This document shows positions 52,624-62,670 of a DNA stretch of 64,000 bases, piece by piece. The translations under genes and the position numbers were made by a program. This DNA is from Candidatus Poribacteria bacterium (lineage in GTDB: Bacteria; Poribacteria; WGA-4E; WGA-3G). Every line of letters begins with the position of its first letter. Position 1 is the stretch's first letter. The DNA is taken from positions 4,352,001-4,416,000 of the forward strand of contig OZ242029.1 in NCBI GenBank assembly GCA_965205015.1. Direction: 5' to 3'. Below the pieces are notes generated by a model, which saw nothing but the letters and a program-made list of their open reading frames with translations, was not told the DNA's origin and ran no database searches.

Positions 52624-52683
52624 AAATTGGATAGATGAGAACATTTACAACTACCGCACGAACTACCGACCGCCGATTGCTGA

Positions 52684-52812
52684 CTACCATTTCATCCCGA
52701 ACTCCTTGGCGACCTGCTCAAGCGTAACCGTTTCCGCTGTTCCATCTTCATAATCTGCTATACGCCGGTCTAATTCCTCGGCAAACTTTGGACGAAGTTC
52801 CAATCCTTCGAA
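52684..52812 (-). pseudogene. 3' remnant of an addiction-module antitoxin-like gene
   Basis: Reads FEGLELRPKFAEELDRRIADYEDGTAETVTLEQVAKEFGMKW-stop; the 5' part is replaced by the dprA-like gene. Confidence 0.5.
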
Positions 52813-52816
52813 ACAG

Positions 52817-53737
52817 ATGAAAATTAACACAGACTATTTCTGGTTCTGGCTCTTTAAAGCACACGGCATAGGATCTAAGACACTGGCTTCCGTTGCGAAG
52901 ATATTAGAGGCAGAGGGCCACAATCCAGAAACATTGCCACTCAACCAAAACGACCTCTCGGAGCAGTTTCCAAAATTCGCGAAAATCCTTACGGGAAAAA
53001 TTCGCGAAGAGGATAGCGGAAAGGTATTCGCAGCGTATGAGCAACTCAAAGAGCAGGGAATTGATATTATTCACCCCGGGCACCCAGATTTTCCATCACA
53101 GCTTCTTGAAATTTCACCGGTTCTGTTTACGAAAGGACAGCAAAAACGCCTTATGTCCGATAGCGTAACGATTGTTGGGGCGCGGAATGTATCAGATGAA
53201 GGGATTCATATCACAAGAAAACTGGCAGGGGATCTTGTAGGGGCGGGGATAAATATCGTCTCTGGATATGCCGAAGGTGTTGACTTAGAAGCACATTTAG
53301 GTGCGTTAGAAGCAGACGGAACAACGACACTCGTGCTTTCTAACGGCATCAAGCAGCTCCGTAAAAAAAGTGCCTTTAAGAAATTCAATTGGGATCAAGA
53401 TGTACTCGCGGTTTCACAGTTTGACCCAGACGCCAAGCGGCACTTGTGGTATGCACTGCCGCGAAATCAGCTGGTATGTGGACTCTCCACAGCTGTTGTC
53501 GTTATTGAATCCGGACCTGAGCAGGATGTTCACGGTAAGATGAGTGGAACGTTTTATACCGCAAAAACGGCACTTGACATGAATCTACCGCTTTTTGTTC
53601 TCAACCCAAGTTGCCTTGACAATCCACCAAAAGGTAATGCAGCACTAATTGCGTTAGGCGGTTATAGTTTAGATGCGATTAATGGCGCGGAGAAGATTGT
53701 AGAACATATTTCTGACAAAAATGTTTATTCCCCTTGA
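52817..53737 (+). CDS. DprA/SLOG-family DNA processing protein
   Basis: IVGARN, IVSGYAEGVD..AH, RNQLVCGLS, VVIES, SGT. Confidence 0.82.
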   Translation: MKINTDYFWFWLFKAHGIGSKTLASVAKILEAEGHNPETLPLNQNDLSEQFPKFAKILTGKIREEDSGKVFAAYEQLKEQGIDIIHPGHPDFPSQLLEISPVLFTKGQQKRLMSDSVTIVGARNVSDEGIHITRKLAGDLVGAGINIVSGYAEGVDLEAHLGALEADGTTTLVLSNGIKQLRKKSAFKKFNWDQDVLAVSQFDPDAKRHLWYALPRNQLVCGLSTAVVVIESGPEQDVHGKMSGTFYTAKTALDMNLPLFVLNPSCLDNPPKGNAALIALGGYSLDAINGAEKIVEHISDKNVYSP

Positions 53738-56229
53738 ACCAGCTTGAACTTGTGTGCCGCCTCTGCTATGCCGACGAATCGGCTGTAAATCGCAACACGG
53801 CTGAGTTTACCTTCCCAGTTCCTGCCACCACTCGCTTCATCACCGAAAAGCAATGGATAGCGTTCCCAATTGCTGAAATCCCCTTGTGTTCCGTTGCTAA
53901 GGTGCGCGAGCTCACCGTCGATATAGCAGTAGACATTCCCCGGAAAATAACTGACGATGACATGTATCGGTTTTTCCGATTCGATCTTACCGAAATGAAA
54001 CTCACCGCCCAACGCATTCGTGCCCGTCCGAGGCGTGCGGATCCTCACAGCGAAACGGTTTCCGTCTTGCCCAAAAGTAAAGTTACGGTGGGTAGAATCG
54101 TTCGAGAATGAGATAATCCGCGCGGGACCGCTCTGATCCAAGTTATCCGTCGTAACGAGACACTCAAGCGTCAATTGGTTGCTTGCCTGACATGCTTCCA
54201 AAAGCGCGTCGTTAACATCTTTCGTAAGAAATGCACCACCAGTGAGATCCATCTGTCCGTCCGCGTCGATTTTCGCATCGCCGTGGGGTTCAACCTCTCC
54301 ACTGTCCTCAAGCGCGCCGTGCCAGAGAAAAACAAGCCCATCGCGCGAACCGGGGAATTCCGTATGCGTCCCGATGTCAACCGGTGCCGCCGGTGATACA
54401 TGGATCGCAAGGGATGTCGTTGAGGTGTCACCCTCTGGGTCCATCACGGTGAGCGTTGCGACGTACTGTCCGAGGTTTTCGTAGACGTGCGTCAGATTCG
54501 ACGCAGTGCTTGTCGTACCGTCTCCAAAACTCCAGTGGTGTGCAAGGTCGCCTGCCGCTGAGAAGTTCACTGTGAGTGGGGCACTGCCTTGAAGAATATC
54601 GGCAGATGCTTTCGCCTCTGGACGGAGTTTCTCGCCCGGGGCGTATGGCGTAAAGCGATACGCGACCCCGTTATGTGGCGAAGCGAACGTATGTTCTCCG
54701 GGGTGTGCTGTGCCAACAGGGACAATCTTCATATTCCACGTATCCACGCGATCGACTTTATAAGGTCGCTCGCCTTTCAAGTCCAGTGTTATCGTTTGCG
54801 GTTCGGTTGTGTAAGTAAGGTAGTATTCTCCATGTTTCGCGAGGATATATCGTCCCTTATCATCACCGATCGGTTCGAGCGTTTCAAAGGCTGGTGTGTT
54901 GGTTTCCATGAAGTTTTTGAGAAACGCGATTCGCGGTGGACTCTCACCTCGTAGCACACCCCCTTTCGCCCACCACAGTAGGTTTTCGCGGTGTTTGTAT
55001 GTCTCTCCGTGTCCGACATAGCAACCGGAGACTGTCCCCGCCCAAAAGCGTTGCACCATCTCTTCAGCAGTGATATTTCCCCATCCTTGCGGAATATCGC
55101 CTTCGTACCGACACTCATCGTAGATAACAGGTTTTCCGTATTGCGTGCGATAGCGGATACCTTGTGCCATGTTGGAGGTTTGAATACTGGTATGTGTCAC
55201 CCATGGCTTATTGTGGTCATACCAACGTCTGCCGTTGTGAATCCCGCGCAGCCGCTGATACGGATCGTGATCTCGGATAATCTGGAAGAACCGATCCCAA
55301 TCGGATTCCTCTTTCGCCGGCATAAAGTCGTATTCATTAGCAAGGGACCACCAGACGTTTCGGAACGCCGCCAGGCGGGCAACGGCGTAACGGATGTATC
55401 GGTCATCGTTTTCGGCATCCATGTACTCAAAACCCCAACGGTCATAGGTATGAAAGAGGATGATGTCCGCCTCGATACCGAGATCCAAAAGGTCTTGCAC
55501 CCGCCCTTCGAAATGCTGCCAAAATTCAGGATTGAATCTGGTGAAATCCCAATCCTTTAGCGGTTTCCCTTCATAAGGATAGTAGACGGGTTCGTTTTTG
55601 TTGTAAACGTAGTCTTTTGGAAAAATGCACATCCGCATCTTGTTGAACGGTGCCTCGGCAAGGGTTTCGAGCGTCTGTTTTTCCATCGCTTCTCCCTGAT
55701 GTGCCCAGGCATAACAGGTCGTTCCGAATTGATGGTAGGGTGTGCCATCGGCATAGTGGAGATAGAAATCTTTATAGACGCGGACAGGTCCGTGATTTCC
55801 CTCGGATGGCGCGACGCACGTAAACTGCCCTGTCTTACCGTTGAGTTCTGGGATGTTACTTTTTGTGGTGTACGTCCACTCACCGACCGCATCGGGCATG
55901 AATCGGATTTTGTAAATTCCGTTGCCGTCATAGAATCCCTGAGGCTCGAACATCTGTTCCGCATTTGTATCACGACGTTTAAATTTTGCTGTTAATTCGA
56001 CCTCAGTGAACGAATTTCCTGTACTCGGTCCATTCAAAATTACTTCATATACTCCCCAACGTTCAACCATATTCGCCTCCGATTTTGGCACAGTTTGCTG
56101 GTTTCCAAAACTTTCTGTTAAAAAGTGGGCATTCGCGAGCGAGAACACAACTGCAAAAATCACGATAGGAAAAATGTTCCTCACCATTAAGTGCCTCCAT
56201 AAGCGCAAGAAAAAAATTGTCAATTTCAC
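53725..56229 (-). CDS. Secreted DUF5060/DUF4038-type glycoside hydrolase-like protein with PKD and LamG domains
   Basis: GFYDGNGIYKIRFMP, GTTCYAW, WWSLANEYD, DECRYEG; PKD WSFGDG; LamG C-terminus. Confidence 0.75.
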   Translation of the reverse strand: MKLTIFFLRLWRHLMVRNIFPIVIFAVVFSLANAHFLTESFGNQQTVPKSEANMVERWGVYEVILNGPSTGNSFTEVELTAKFKRRDTNAEQMFEPQGFYDGNGIYKIRFMPDAVGEWTYTTKSNIPELNGKTGQFTCVAPSEGNHGPVRVYKDFYLHYADGTPYHQFGTTCYAWAHQGEAMEKQTLETLAEAPFNKMRMCIFPKDYVYNKNEPVYYPYEGKPLKDWDFTRFNPEFWQHFEGRVQDLLDLGIEADIILFHTYDRWGFEYMDAENDDRYIRYAVARLAAFRNVWWSLANEYDFMPAKEESDWDRFFQIIRDHDPYQRLRGIHNGRRWYDHNKPWVTHTSIQTSNMAQGIRYRTQYGKPVIYDECRYEGDIPQGWGNITAEEMVQRFWAGTVSGCYVGHGETYKHRENLLWWAKGGVLRGESPPRIAFLKNFMETNTPAFETLEPIGDDKGRYILAKHGEYYLTYTTEPQTITLDLKGERPYKVDRVDTWNMKIVPVGTAHPGEHTFASPHNGVAYRFTPYAPGEKLRPEAKASADILQGSAPLTVNFSAAGDLAHHWSFGDGTTSTASNLTHVYENLGQYVATLTVMDPEGDTSTTSLAIHVSPAAPVDIGTHTEFPGSRDGLVFLWHGALEDSGEVEPHGDAKIDADGQMDLTGGAFLTKDVNDALLEACQASNQLTLECLVTTDNLDQSGPARIISFSNDSTHRNFTFGQDGNRFAVRIRTPRTGTNALGGEFHFGKIESEKPIHVIVSYFPGNVYCYIDGELAHLSNGTQGDFSNWERYPLLFGDEASGGRNWEGKLSRVAIYSRFVGIAEAAHKFKLVQGE

Positions 56230-56279
56230 AGAAAAGTTATATAATATTCCTATATGCTAAAGGTGAAGAGGATATTCAA

Positions 56280-57425
56280 ATGACGTATCAACCCCTTGCT
56301 GAAGTACGGAAGACACTCTATGTAAAATGGTATCGCAGCAAAATAGATCGCACAACCCTACGGAACTTGTCAAAACGAAGCGACGTGCAAGGCTGGTTTC
56401 AGGCAGGCGGACATCTTGCCCTCTGGTTATTGACGGGGAGTGTCGTCTACCTCTTTTGGTCGCAAGCGATGTGGCTTGGCTTTTGCGTTGCCCTATTTTT
56501 GCATGGCACAGTCGCCAGTTTTTTCAAAGGGACAGCCAATCACGAATTGGGACACGGCACCGTGTTTCGCACCAAGTGGTTGAACAAATTTTTCCTTTAC
56601 CTCTTTAGTCTCATCAGTTGGTGGGATCATTTTGACTATGCCAGTAGCCATACCTACCATCACCGTTACACGTTATACCCCGAAGGGGATCGCGAAAACC
56701 TTCTTCCACTTGAACCCAAGTTGGGATCCTTATTCGTTCTCCAACTGTTTACCATCAATTTGCTCACGCAACCCGGGCGCACCTTTAGCAAAGGTGGACT
56801 CATTGCTGCGGTTGTCTGCACGATCCGTAGCGCCTTTGGCAAAGAAGGACCACCAGAAATCCCGAGTCAGGAGTGGCTGGCATCATTACATGTGGACCAA
56901 CCCGAAGAGCATAAAAATTCGATGGGGTGGTCTCGGGTTCTACTCCTTTTTCATGGCACGCTGCTTATCGTTTCGCTCGCCACAGGCTATTGGGTTTTCC
57001 CGCTCATCATCACTGTTAGTGCATTTATTGCCAACTGGGGCTCCTACGCCGTTTCCCTCCCTCAACATTGTGGTCTAAAAGAAAATGACCCTGACTTCCG
57101 CAAATGCACACGGTCAATTACACTCAATCCCTTGGCAGAATTTTTGTATTGGCGTATGAATTGGCACACTGAACATCACATGTTTGCCGGAGTCCCCTGC
57201 TACAATTTGAAAAAATTGCATCATCTCATTGCCGAAGATATGCCTGAACCGCGCACGCTTTTAGGGGCTTGGCGAGAAATGCGAGAAACTTGGCAACGAC
57301 AGAAAACCGACCCCGACTACTTTTATGATACGCCACTTCCACCAACGGCTCAGCATATACCTACCGAAGAATCCGATATGCTGGAAAGTTCCATTGGGGA
57401 ATTGGCACCTAAGGGGTTGGAGTGA
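56280..57425 (+). CDS. Fatty acid desaturase-family membrane di-iron enzyme
   Basis: His boxes HELGH, HTYHH and HTEHH. Confidence 0.85.
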   Translation: MTYQPLAEVRKTLYVKWYRSKIDRTTLRNLSKRSDVQGWFQAGGHLALWLLTGSVVYLFWSQAMWLGFCVALFLHGTVASFFKGTANHELGHGTVFRTKWLNKFFLYLFSLISWWDHFDYASSHTYHHRYTLYPEGDRENLLPLEPKLGSLFVLQLFTINLLTQPGRTFSKGGLIAAVVCTIRSAFGKEGPPEIPSQEWLASLHVDQPEEHKNSMGWSRVLLLFHGTLLIVSLATGYWVFPLIITVSAFIANWGSYAVSLPQHCGLKENDPDFRKCTRSITLNPLAEFLYWRMNWHTEHHMFAGVPCYNLKKLHHLIAEDMPEPRTLLGAWREMRETWQRQKTDPDYFYDTPLPPTAQHIPTEESDMLESSIGELAPKGLE

Positions 57426-57490
57426 TGAACCACCAACGCCTCTTCTGTTTCTCAATTGTGTAAAAATCTGCCATTGTGACGGGTCTTTCT

Positions 57491-58438
57491 TTATCTTTTC
57501 GGTGGTTTAATCATCAGATTTTCAATGATGTGCACAAACTCGCTATCTGACAACCGAACTTTTAGATAAGACCGGGAACCGGGTTTCATCTCCCACTCAT
57601 ATCCGTTCGATAGTCTGCCTTTACCCTCTGTAATTTCAGTGAAATCGTCACCGAGCCCGCGTACGCCATATAAAACCGCGATCTGGTCCCAACTGGAACG
57701 TCCCTTGTATTGTCCGTTGAACCTTCGATAATACGCCTCCCGTACCGGATTTTCATCAAGTGTCTCTGCGAGTCTCGCACCGGTATGTACAGTCTCGCCG
57801 TGCTCACTGATAACAAGGGGCGTGGGCCAATTGCGGATAACATACTCCGATTTATCAATCAGACCGTGGCGAACCGTATTGTAAGGATCGTCGATACGTA
57901 ACGCCATCACCACAAGTTCTGTAACCTTTTGGGAAACGAGGTTAGCATCCGCTTGCAAGAGGTCGTAGAGATTGTTGAGAAACCCGACGCTGATAATTGT
58001 CACCGAGTTGTCCGGTTGTTCGCTTAACACTTGCCGATAGATTTCCAAGGAACTGGGTGTTGGCGCAGTCGGGAGATCATGTGGGAAATTAGCGGCGATG
58101 CCCTCCAAATAACTCGATTCATCAGGATCAGCGAGATCGCCCTTATAGGTACCGATCGGAATATCACCTCGATTGTACCATGTATTTATTGCACAAATGG
58201 CACCAGCACCGCTCGGATGTACTTCGTTGAAGGAAATAGCGAGGATTTCAACCTCTCCGTTATCCGCAAGCGCGTGCAACACAGCAAGCGCACCGACATC
58301 ATCTACGTCGGTACACATATCCGTCTCAAATATCACTCTCTTTGGAAACATTTCCTCGGTCCCTTCTGCCAGCAAGTTGGATGGTGTCAGTATCATAGGA
58401 AAAAACGTCAATATTGTCACAAGATATGAAACTTTCAA
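57491..58438 (-). CDS. Nucleoside hydrolase-like protein (exported)
   Basis: IFETDMCTDVDDVGAL, SVGFLNNL, RSSWD. Confidence 0.75.
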   Translation of the reverse strand: MKVSYLVTILTFFPMILTPSNLLAEGTEEMFPKRVIFETDMCTDVDDVGALAVLHALADNGEVEILAISFNEVHPSGAGAICAINTWYNRGDIPIGTYKGDLADPDESSYLEGIAANFPHDLPTAPTPSSLEIYRQVLSEQPDNSVTIISVGFLNNLYDLLQADANLVSQKVTELVVMALRIDDPYNTVRHGLIDKSEYVIRNWPTPLVISEHGETVHTGARLAETLDENPVREAYYRRFNGQYKGRSSWDQIAVLYGVRGLGDDFTEITEGKGRLSNGYEWEMKPGSRSYLKVRLSDSEFVHIIENLMIKPPKR

Positions 58439-58476
58439 ATGTCTCTCCCCAAGAAAACAAAAACTGAATCCTGTAT

Positions 58477-59514
58477 TTATACCCTTATACCGTCAGTCCT
58501 CGCGAAAAAAGTGTCTTTCGTGCTGAGATGCCGCCATCTCTCAATAATTTCGCTATAGACTTCAGGTTCATCTTTGTCGTGGATGCGTCCGCGGGCATCA
58601 AGCCAACTAACAATCCGACGCACACCTTCAACGAACGGAATCGTATAGCGGAAATTCAGGTCCGCTTTGGCGGCAGCGTTATCAAAAATATTGTTGTGTT
58701 GAAAATTCTCTCTACACCATTCGGCAGCCTTTGGAACAACCTCAAATAGCAGATCGGTTGGAATGTGCACCAGTTCGGGTTCAGAGGCGTTCATCGCTTG
58801 TGCAACTGTCTGATGGTACTGGTTCCAAGTCATCGCTTCTTCGCTCGCCGTGTGGTACCCTTTGCCGAATGCCTTTTCATTGCCAACCGCTTCGGCGAAC
58901 GCTTGTCCTACATCGTCACGATGACACGCTGCCCAGAGAGAAGAACCATCACCGTGCGTGATAATCGGCTTCCCTTTGCGGATACGATGGAAGTAGTACG
59001 CACCGCCGAGACCGAGTGAATGAATCAGACCGCGCCCCTCGCCATAAGTGTGGGCAGGACGGATAATCGTGACCGGAAAATCGCCACGTTGGTATGCTTC
59101 CTCCAAAAGACGCTCACACTTTGCCTTATTGTAGGCGTAGGGGAAAGATGGCATAGGTTCCCGCGCTGCATCCTCACGAATAGGATAGCCCCGCGCCGGT
59201 TTCGTATAAACATCGACTGTGCTACAGAAAATGAATTGTCCAATATTACCACGAAACGCACGGATCGCACTCTCAATATCCGCTGGCACAAAACCGATCA
59301 TGTCAATGACAGCGTCGAAATTCCCTGCTTCTGTCATCTGTGCTTCAAAAGCGGCGGAGTCCTTCCGATTACCAATAATGGTATTATACCGTTCTGGAAT
59401 ATCAGCCTCCGTCTGTCCACGGTTGTAGAGCGTCACATCATCCCCACGCGCAATGAGAGCGCGTGTAATCGCCGTGCTAATCAATCCTGTCCCACCAATA
59501 ATTAAAACCCGCAT
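58477..59514 (-). CDS. NAD-dependent epimerase/dehydratase (SDR)
   Basis: IIGGTGLIS, YAYNK, IIRPAHTYG. Confidence 0.85.
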   Translation of the reverse strand: MRVLIIGGTGLISTAITRALIARGDDVTLYNRGQTEADIPERYNTIIGNRKDSAAFEAQMTEAGNFDAVIDMIGFVPADIESAIRAFRGNIGQFIFCSTVDVYTKPARGYPIREDAAREPMPSFPYAYNKAKCERLLEEAYQRGDFPVTIIRPAHTYGEGRGLIHSLGLGGAYYFHRIRKGKPIITHGDGSSLWAACHRDDVGQAFAEAVGNEKAFGKGYHTASEEAMTWNQYHQTVAQAMNASEPELVHIPTDLLFEVVPKAAEWCRENFQHNNIFDNAAAKADLNFRYTIPFVEGVRRIVSWLDARGRIHDKDEPEVYSEIIERWRHLSTKDTFFARTDGIRV

Positions 59515-59621
59515 GAATGTCTCCGATCTGATGTAAAGATAAAAACGCCTTCTACTGCCAAGTATATTTTAACAAGTGAGATATGTCAAGGAGTTCTGTA
59601 ACGTGAGTCTTTTGAACAGAC

Positions 59622-59726
59622 CTGTTCAGAAATTGAACGATGGGAAACAATTCATGGGTAAACCGTCCCAAAATTCTATTGTAGCGGCAGTTTTGCGCTT
59701 GAATGACCTTTGGCACAAAAATTGCT
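59622..59726 (+). promoter_or_regulatory. Sigma54 promoter with upstream palindromic enhancer (copy 1)
   Basis: TTGGCACAAAAATTGCT (59710-59726; GG-N10-GC); CTGTTCAGAAATTGAAC at 59622-59638. Confidence 0.7.
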
Positions 59727-60005
59727 TAAATAGCCTTAAGGCTCGTTTATTGATTTGGAAATTTGTGTAAAGTGAATTGATTCTATTGTATTTTCTTTAG
59801 AAGGGAGAATTTAAAGATGAAAAACCTTACCTGCTGCACTGACTGTATCATAAAACAGGTCGGATAATATAATGTGTCCTACTGGACAGCGAAGGTTTGC
59901 TCGGCGTTTATTATCTTTTCAGCACCTAAGACCAATTCATTGATCTTACCGGCTTCCCTAAGAAAATACTAATTCTTGCAAGTTGTAGGTTAGCGAACAA
60001 TTATA

Positions 60006-60542
60006 ATGATTGAAATTCAAAAGCACGGTGCAGTCCTCCATACGGATCCAGACGGGTATCTTATCCCCGACGTAAGTTTGGATAATATCGTTCCTCCGTG
60101 GGATGAAGCCGTCGACTTTATTAAAAACGCATATATTGGACACCTCGGAGAAAGTCTCCACAGTGTGTACATCCGGGGATCCGTGGCGCGAGGCTTAGCT
60201 GTTGAAGGTATCTCCGACCTTGACTCTTTTGCACTTGCTCGTGGATACCCATCTAAAATGGAAGGGGTCAAGATAGGCTGCAGGTGGATTTGTAAGCGGT
60301 TTCTACGCGCTGGGATGGATCTCGTGTTATCACGTTCAAAGGCTTTCACTCGCGATCTGTATTATTGCTATGAAGAATTTGCTAAGTTCTATCCACAGCA
60401 GGATGCCGCGATGTGGCAGGCATTGGAATACGCCATAAATCCGACAGGAAATGTAGAGGAACTTCTTCCACTTGTTAAGGAACTTGGTGACTTTCTTGCG
60501 CAAGAGGCAGACGTTGTGTTTGGAGTGCCGCAAAACTCGTAA
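60006..60542 (+). CDS. Nucleotidyltransferase-domain protein (possibly internally deleted)
   Basis: HSVYIRGSVARG..SDLD Pol-beta NTase motif. Confidence 0.65.
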   Translation: MIEIQKHGAVLHTDPDGYLIPDVSLDNIVPPWDEAVDFIKNAYIGHLGESLHSVYIRGSVARGLAVEGISDLDSFALARGYPSKMEGVKIGCRWICKRFLRAGMDLVLSRSKAFTRDLYYCYEEFAKFYPQQDAAMWQALEYAINPTGNVEELLPLVKELGDFLAQEADVVFGVPQNS

Positions 60543-60599
60543 AACAGATAGTGGGTGATCACCCAGAAATGATTGTATATACAGAAAGGAGAAAGTTCT

Positions 60600-61100
60600 A
60601 TGAGAAATTCATATTTAACCCAGATTGTTTTCAATAAACATTCTTGTTATTTCTTGATACCGATTATGAGTCTTTTACTTATCACTATTTACATACCCGG
60701 GTGCGGGGCGGACGGCGATACCGACGAAGAATCCAGTAGTCCAACAAGTATCGTTCAACCCGCATCGACCCTTTCTACGTCGACCACGCCGCCACCAGTG
60801 GCAATCGCTGAAGCCGAACCAGAAGAAGAGATCGGCATCTCTTTCCAGAACGACATTTTGCCGATTCTCGAAGAGAATTGCGCACTTGCTGGATGTCACG
60901 TCGCTGGCGGCGCAGCAGGACTCGACCTGACGGGGTACGACTCCTTCGAGAAAAGCGGTACGTTCGTCCCAGGAAACGCTAAAAGGAGTATCCTTATTAC
61001 CCGCATTGACGGCGGTGGCATGCCACCCGCAGGACCTCTTGACGATGACTTGATAGACCTTGTCAAAGACTGGATTGATGAGGGTGCCGAGAATAATTGA
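60600..61100 (+). CDS. Lipoprotein with planctomycete-type cytochrome c domain
   Basis: Lipobox IPGC, ISFQNDILPILEENCALAGCH, GMPP, WIDEGA. Confidence 0.7.
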   Translation: MRNSYLTQIVFNKHSCYFLIPIMSLLLITIYIPGCGADGDTDEESSSPTSIVQPASTLSTSTTPPPVAIAEAEPEEEIGISFQNDILPILEENCALAGCHVAGGAAGLDLTGYDSFEKSGTFVPGNAKRSILITRIDGGGMPPAGPLDDDLIDLVKDWIDEGAENN

Positions 61101-61160
61101 TTTTATCCATCATAAAATTCAATTCTGTCTGCCGATATATCACCTAAGGAGGATTCTGCG

Positions 61161-62408
61161 ATGCGAATACCGATGCTTTTTCGTTTCTCACTCTACGGTT
61201 TCCTCAAAAATCAACGCTACTACGACCCTTTCCTGATTCTGGCATTTCTTGAAAAGGGACTGTCATTCTTTCAGATTGGGATCCTCATCGGATTTCGGGA
61301 GGTCTGTACCAACCTATTTGAAATCCCCTCTGGTGCAGTCGCAGACCTGTATGGTCGTCGCAGTTCGATGATCTTCTCCTTCTCTGCCTACATCGCCTCC
61401 TTCGTGACGTTCGCGCTGAGCAACTCACTCTTTCTACTGTTTTTGGGGATGTTCTTCTTCGGCTTAGGTGATGCCTTTCGGAGCGGAACACATAAGGCGA
61501 TGATTTTCGACTGGGTTGACTTTGAGGGGCGATCGGATGAGAAAACAAAAATTTACGGATTCACCCGTTCATGGTCACAGATGGGGTCCGCCATTTCCGT
61601 GCTGATTGCCGGTGGATTGGTTTTCTACCGCGGCAACTTCACGGACATCTTCTGGTTCTCAATCATCCCCTACGCTCTCAACATCGTCAACTTCCTTGGC
61701 TATCCCAAACGCCTTGACGGTGAGCGAAAAAACGAATTTTCACTCAGAGCCGTTGCCATCCTTCTCGGAGCCGCTTTGAAACAGTCTGTCCAATTCCGGC
61801 CACTGCGACGGCTCGTTTTTGAGTCAATGGGATTTGAGGGTATGTACAAAGCCTGTAAAGACTACTTGCAACCCATTCTTCAACAGACCGCAATAGCATT
61901 GCCGTTGTTTTTAGCCTTTGATACAGAAAAGCGGTCAGCGGTGCTGGTAGCCCTCGTATACTTTGTGTTGTACTTCCTCTCTTCCCTTGCCGCCCGCAAT
62001 TCTCACCAAATCGCTGATTGGCGTGGAAGTGATGATGGCGCAGCGCGTTTTATGTGGTGGATCAACGGTGCGATATTCGTCCTTTTAGTCCCAACATTGT
62101 GGTTCAACTGGTATCCGGCAATGATCGCCCTTTTTGTTGGATTGGCGATCCTCCAGAATTTCTGGCGACCGGTGCTCATCGCTCGGTTCAACACGAATTC
62201 TGCACCAGATATGAGCGCGACAGTGCTCTCCATCGAAGCACAGTCTCAATCGGTAGCAACGATTGTGCTCGCGCCTTTACTCGGCTGGACAGTCGATCTT
62301 GTTGATGGATTCTGGACAGTAGGTGTCACAGGTCTGGTCATTGCGATAGTGATTATCCTCACAGGATTGCCCCTGAACGTTCAGAAAGAACAAGAGATAC
62401 ACTCTTAA
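61161..62408 (+). CDS. MFS transporter
   Basis: About 12 TM segments; FEIPSGAVADLYGRR, AFRSGT. Confidence 0.88.
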   Translation: MRIPMLFRFSLYGFLKNQRYYDPFLILAFLEKGLSFFQIGILIGFREVCTNLFEIPSGAVADLYGRRSSMIFSFSAYIASFVTFALSNSLFLLFLGMFFFGLGDAFRSGTHKAMIFDWVDFEGRSDEKTKIYGFTRSWSQMGSAISVLIAGGLVFYRGNFTDIFWFSIIPYALNIVNFLGYPKRLDGERKNEFSLRAVAILLGAALKQSVQFRPLRRLVFESMGFEGMYKACKDYLQPILQQTAIALPLFLAFDTEKRSAVLVALVYFVLYFLSSLAARNSHQIADWRGSDDGAARFMWWINGAIFVLLVPTLWFNWYPAMIALFVGLAILQNFWRPVLIARFNTNSAPDMSATVLSIEAQSQSVATIVLAPLLGWTVDLVDGFWTVGVTGLVIAIVIILTGLPLNVQKEQEIHS

Positions 62409-62454
62409 CTTAAATTATAGTGTCAGAACTTTTGTGGATACATTACAAACGCTG

Positions 62455-62560
62455 CTGTTCAGAAACTGAACAGTGAAAAACACTTCTTCGCGCAATATTG
62501 ACCAAAAACTCTCTCCTAAAGGTATTTTTCGGTTGAATTCACTTTGGCACGAAAATTGCC
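62455..62560 (+). promoter_or_regulatory. Sigma54 promoter with upstream palindromic enhancer (copy 2)
   Basis: TTGGCACGAAAATTGCC (62544-62560); CTGTTCAGAAACTGAACAG at 62455-62473. Confidence 0.72.
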
Positions 62561-62571
62561 CATTATGTTCA

Positions 62572-62670
62572 CACAACTGCGAACCAACTGGGATAGCCTC
62601 CTCCTTGGAAAAATTTGGAGCGGTGCAATAGGCTTTCCCATATTTTGACTGTTGCATTGCTCCCTCTATC
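62572..62670 (+). ncRNA. Putative sigma54-dependent small RNA
   Basis: No credible ORF after the promoter; CCAA..CCTCCTCC..TTGG small hairpin, then a 15-bp stem at 62617-62663. Confidence 0.4.
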
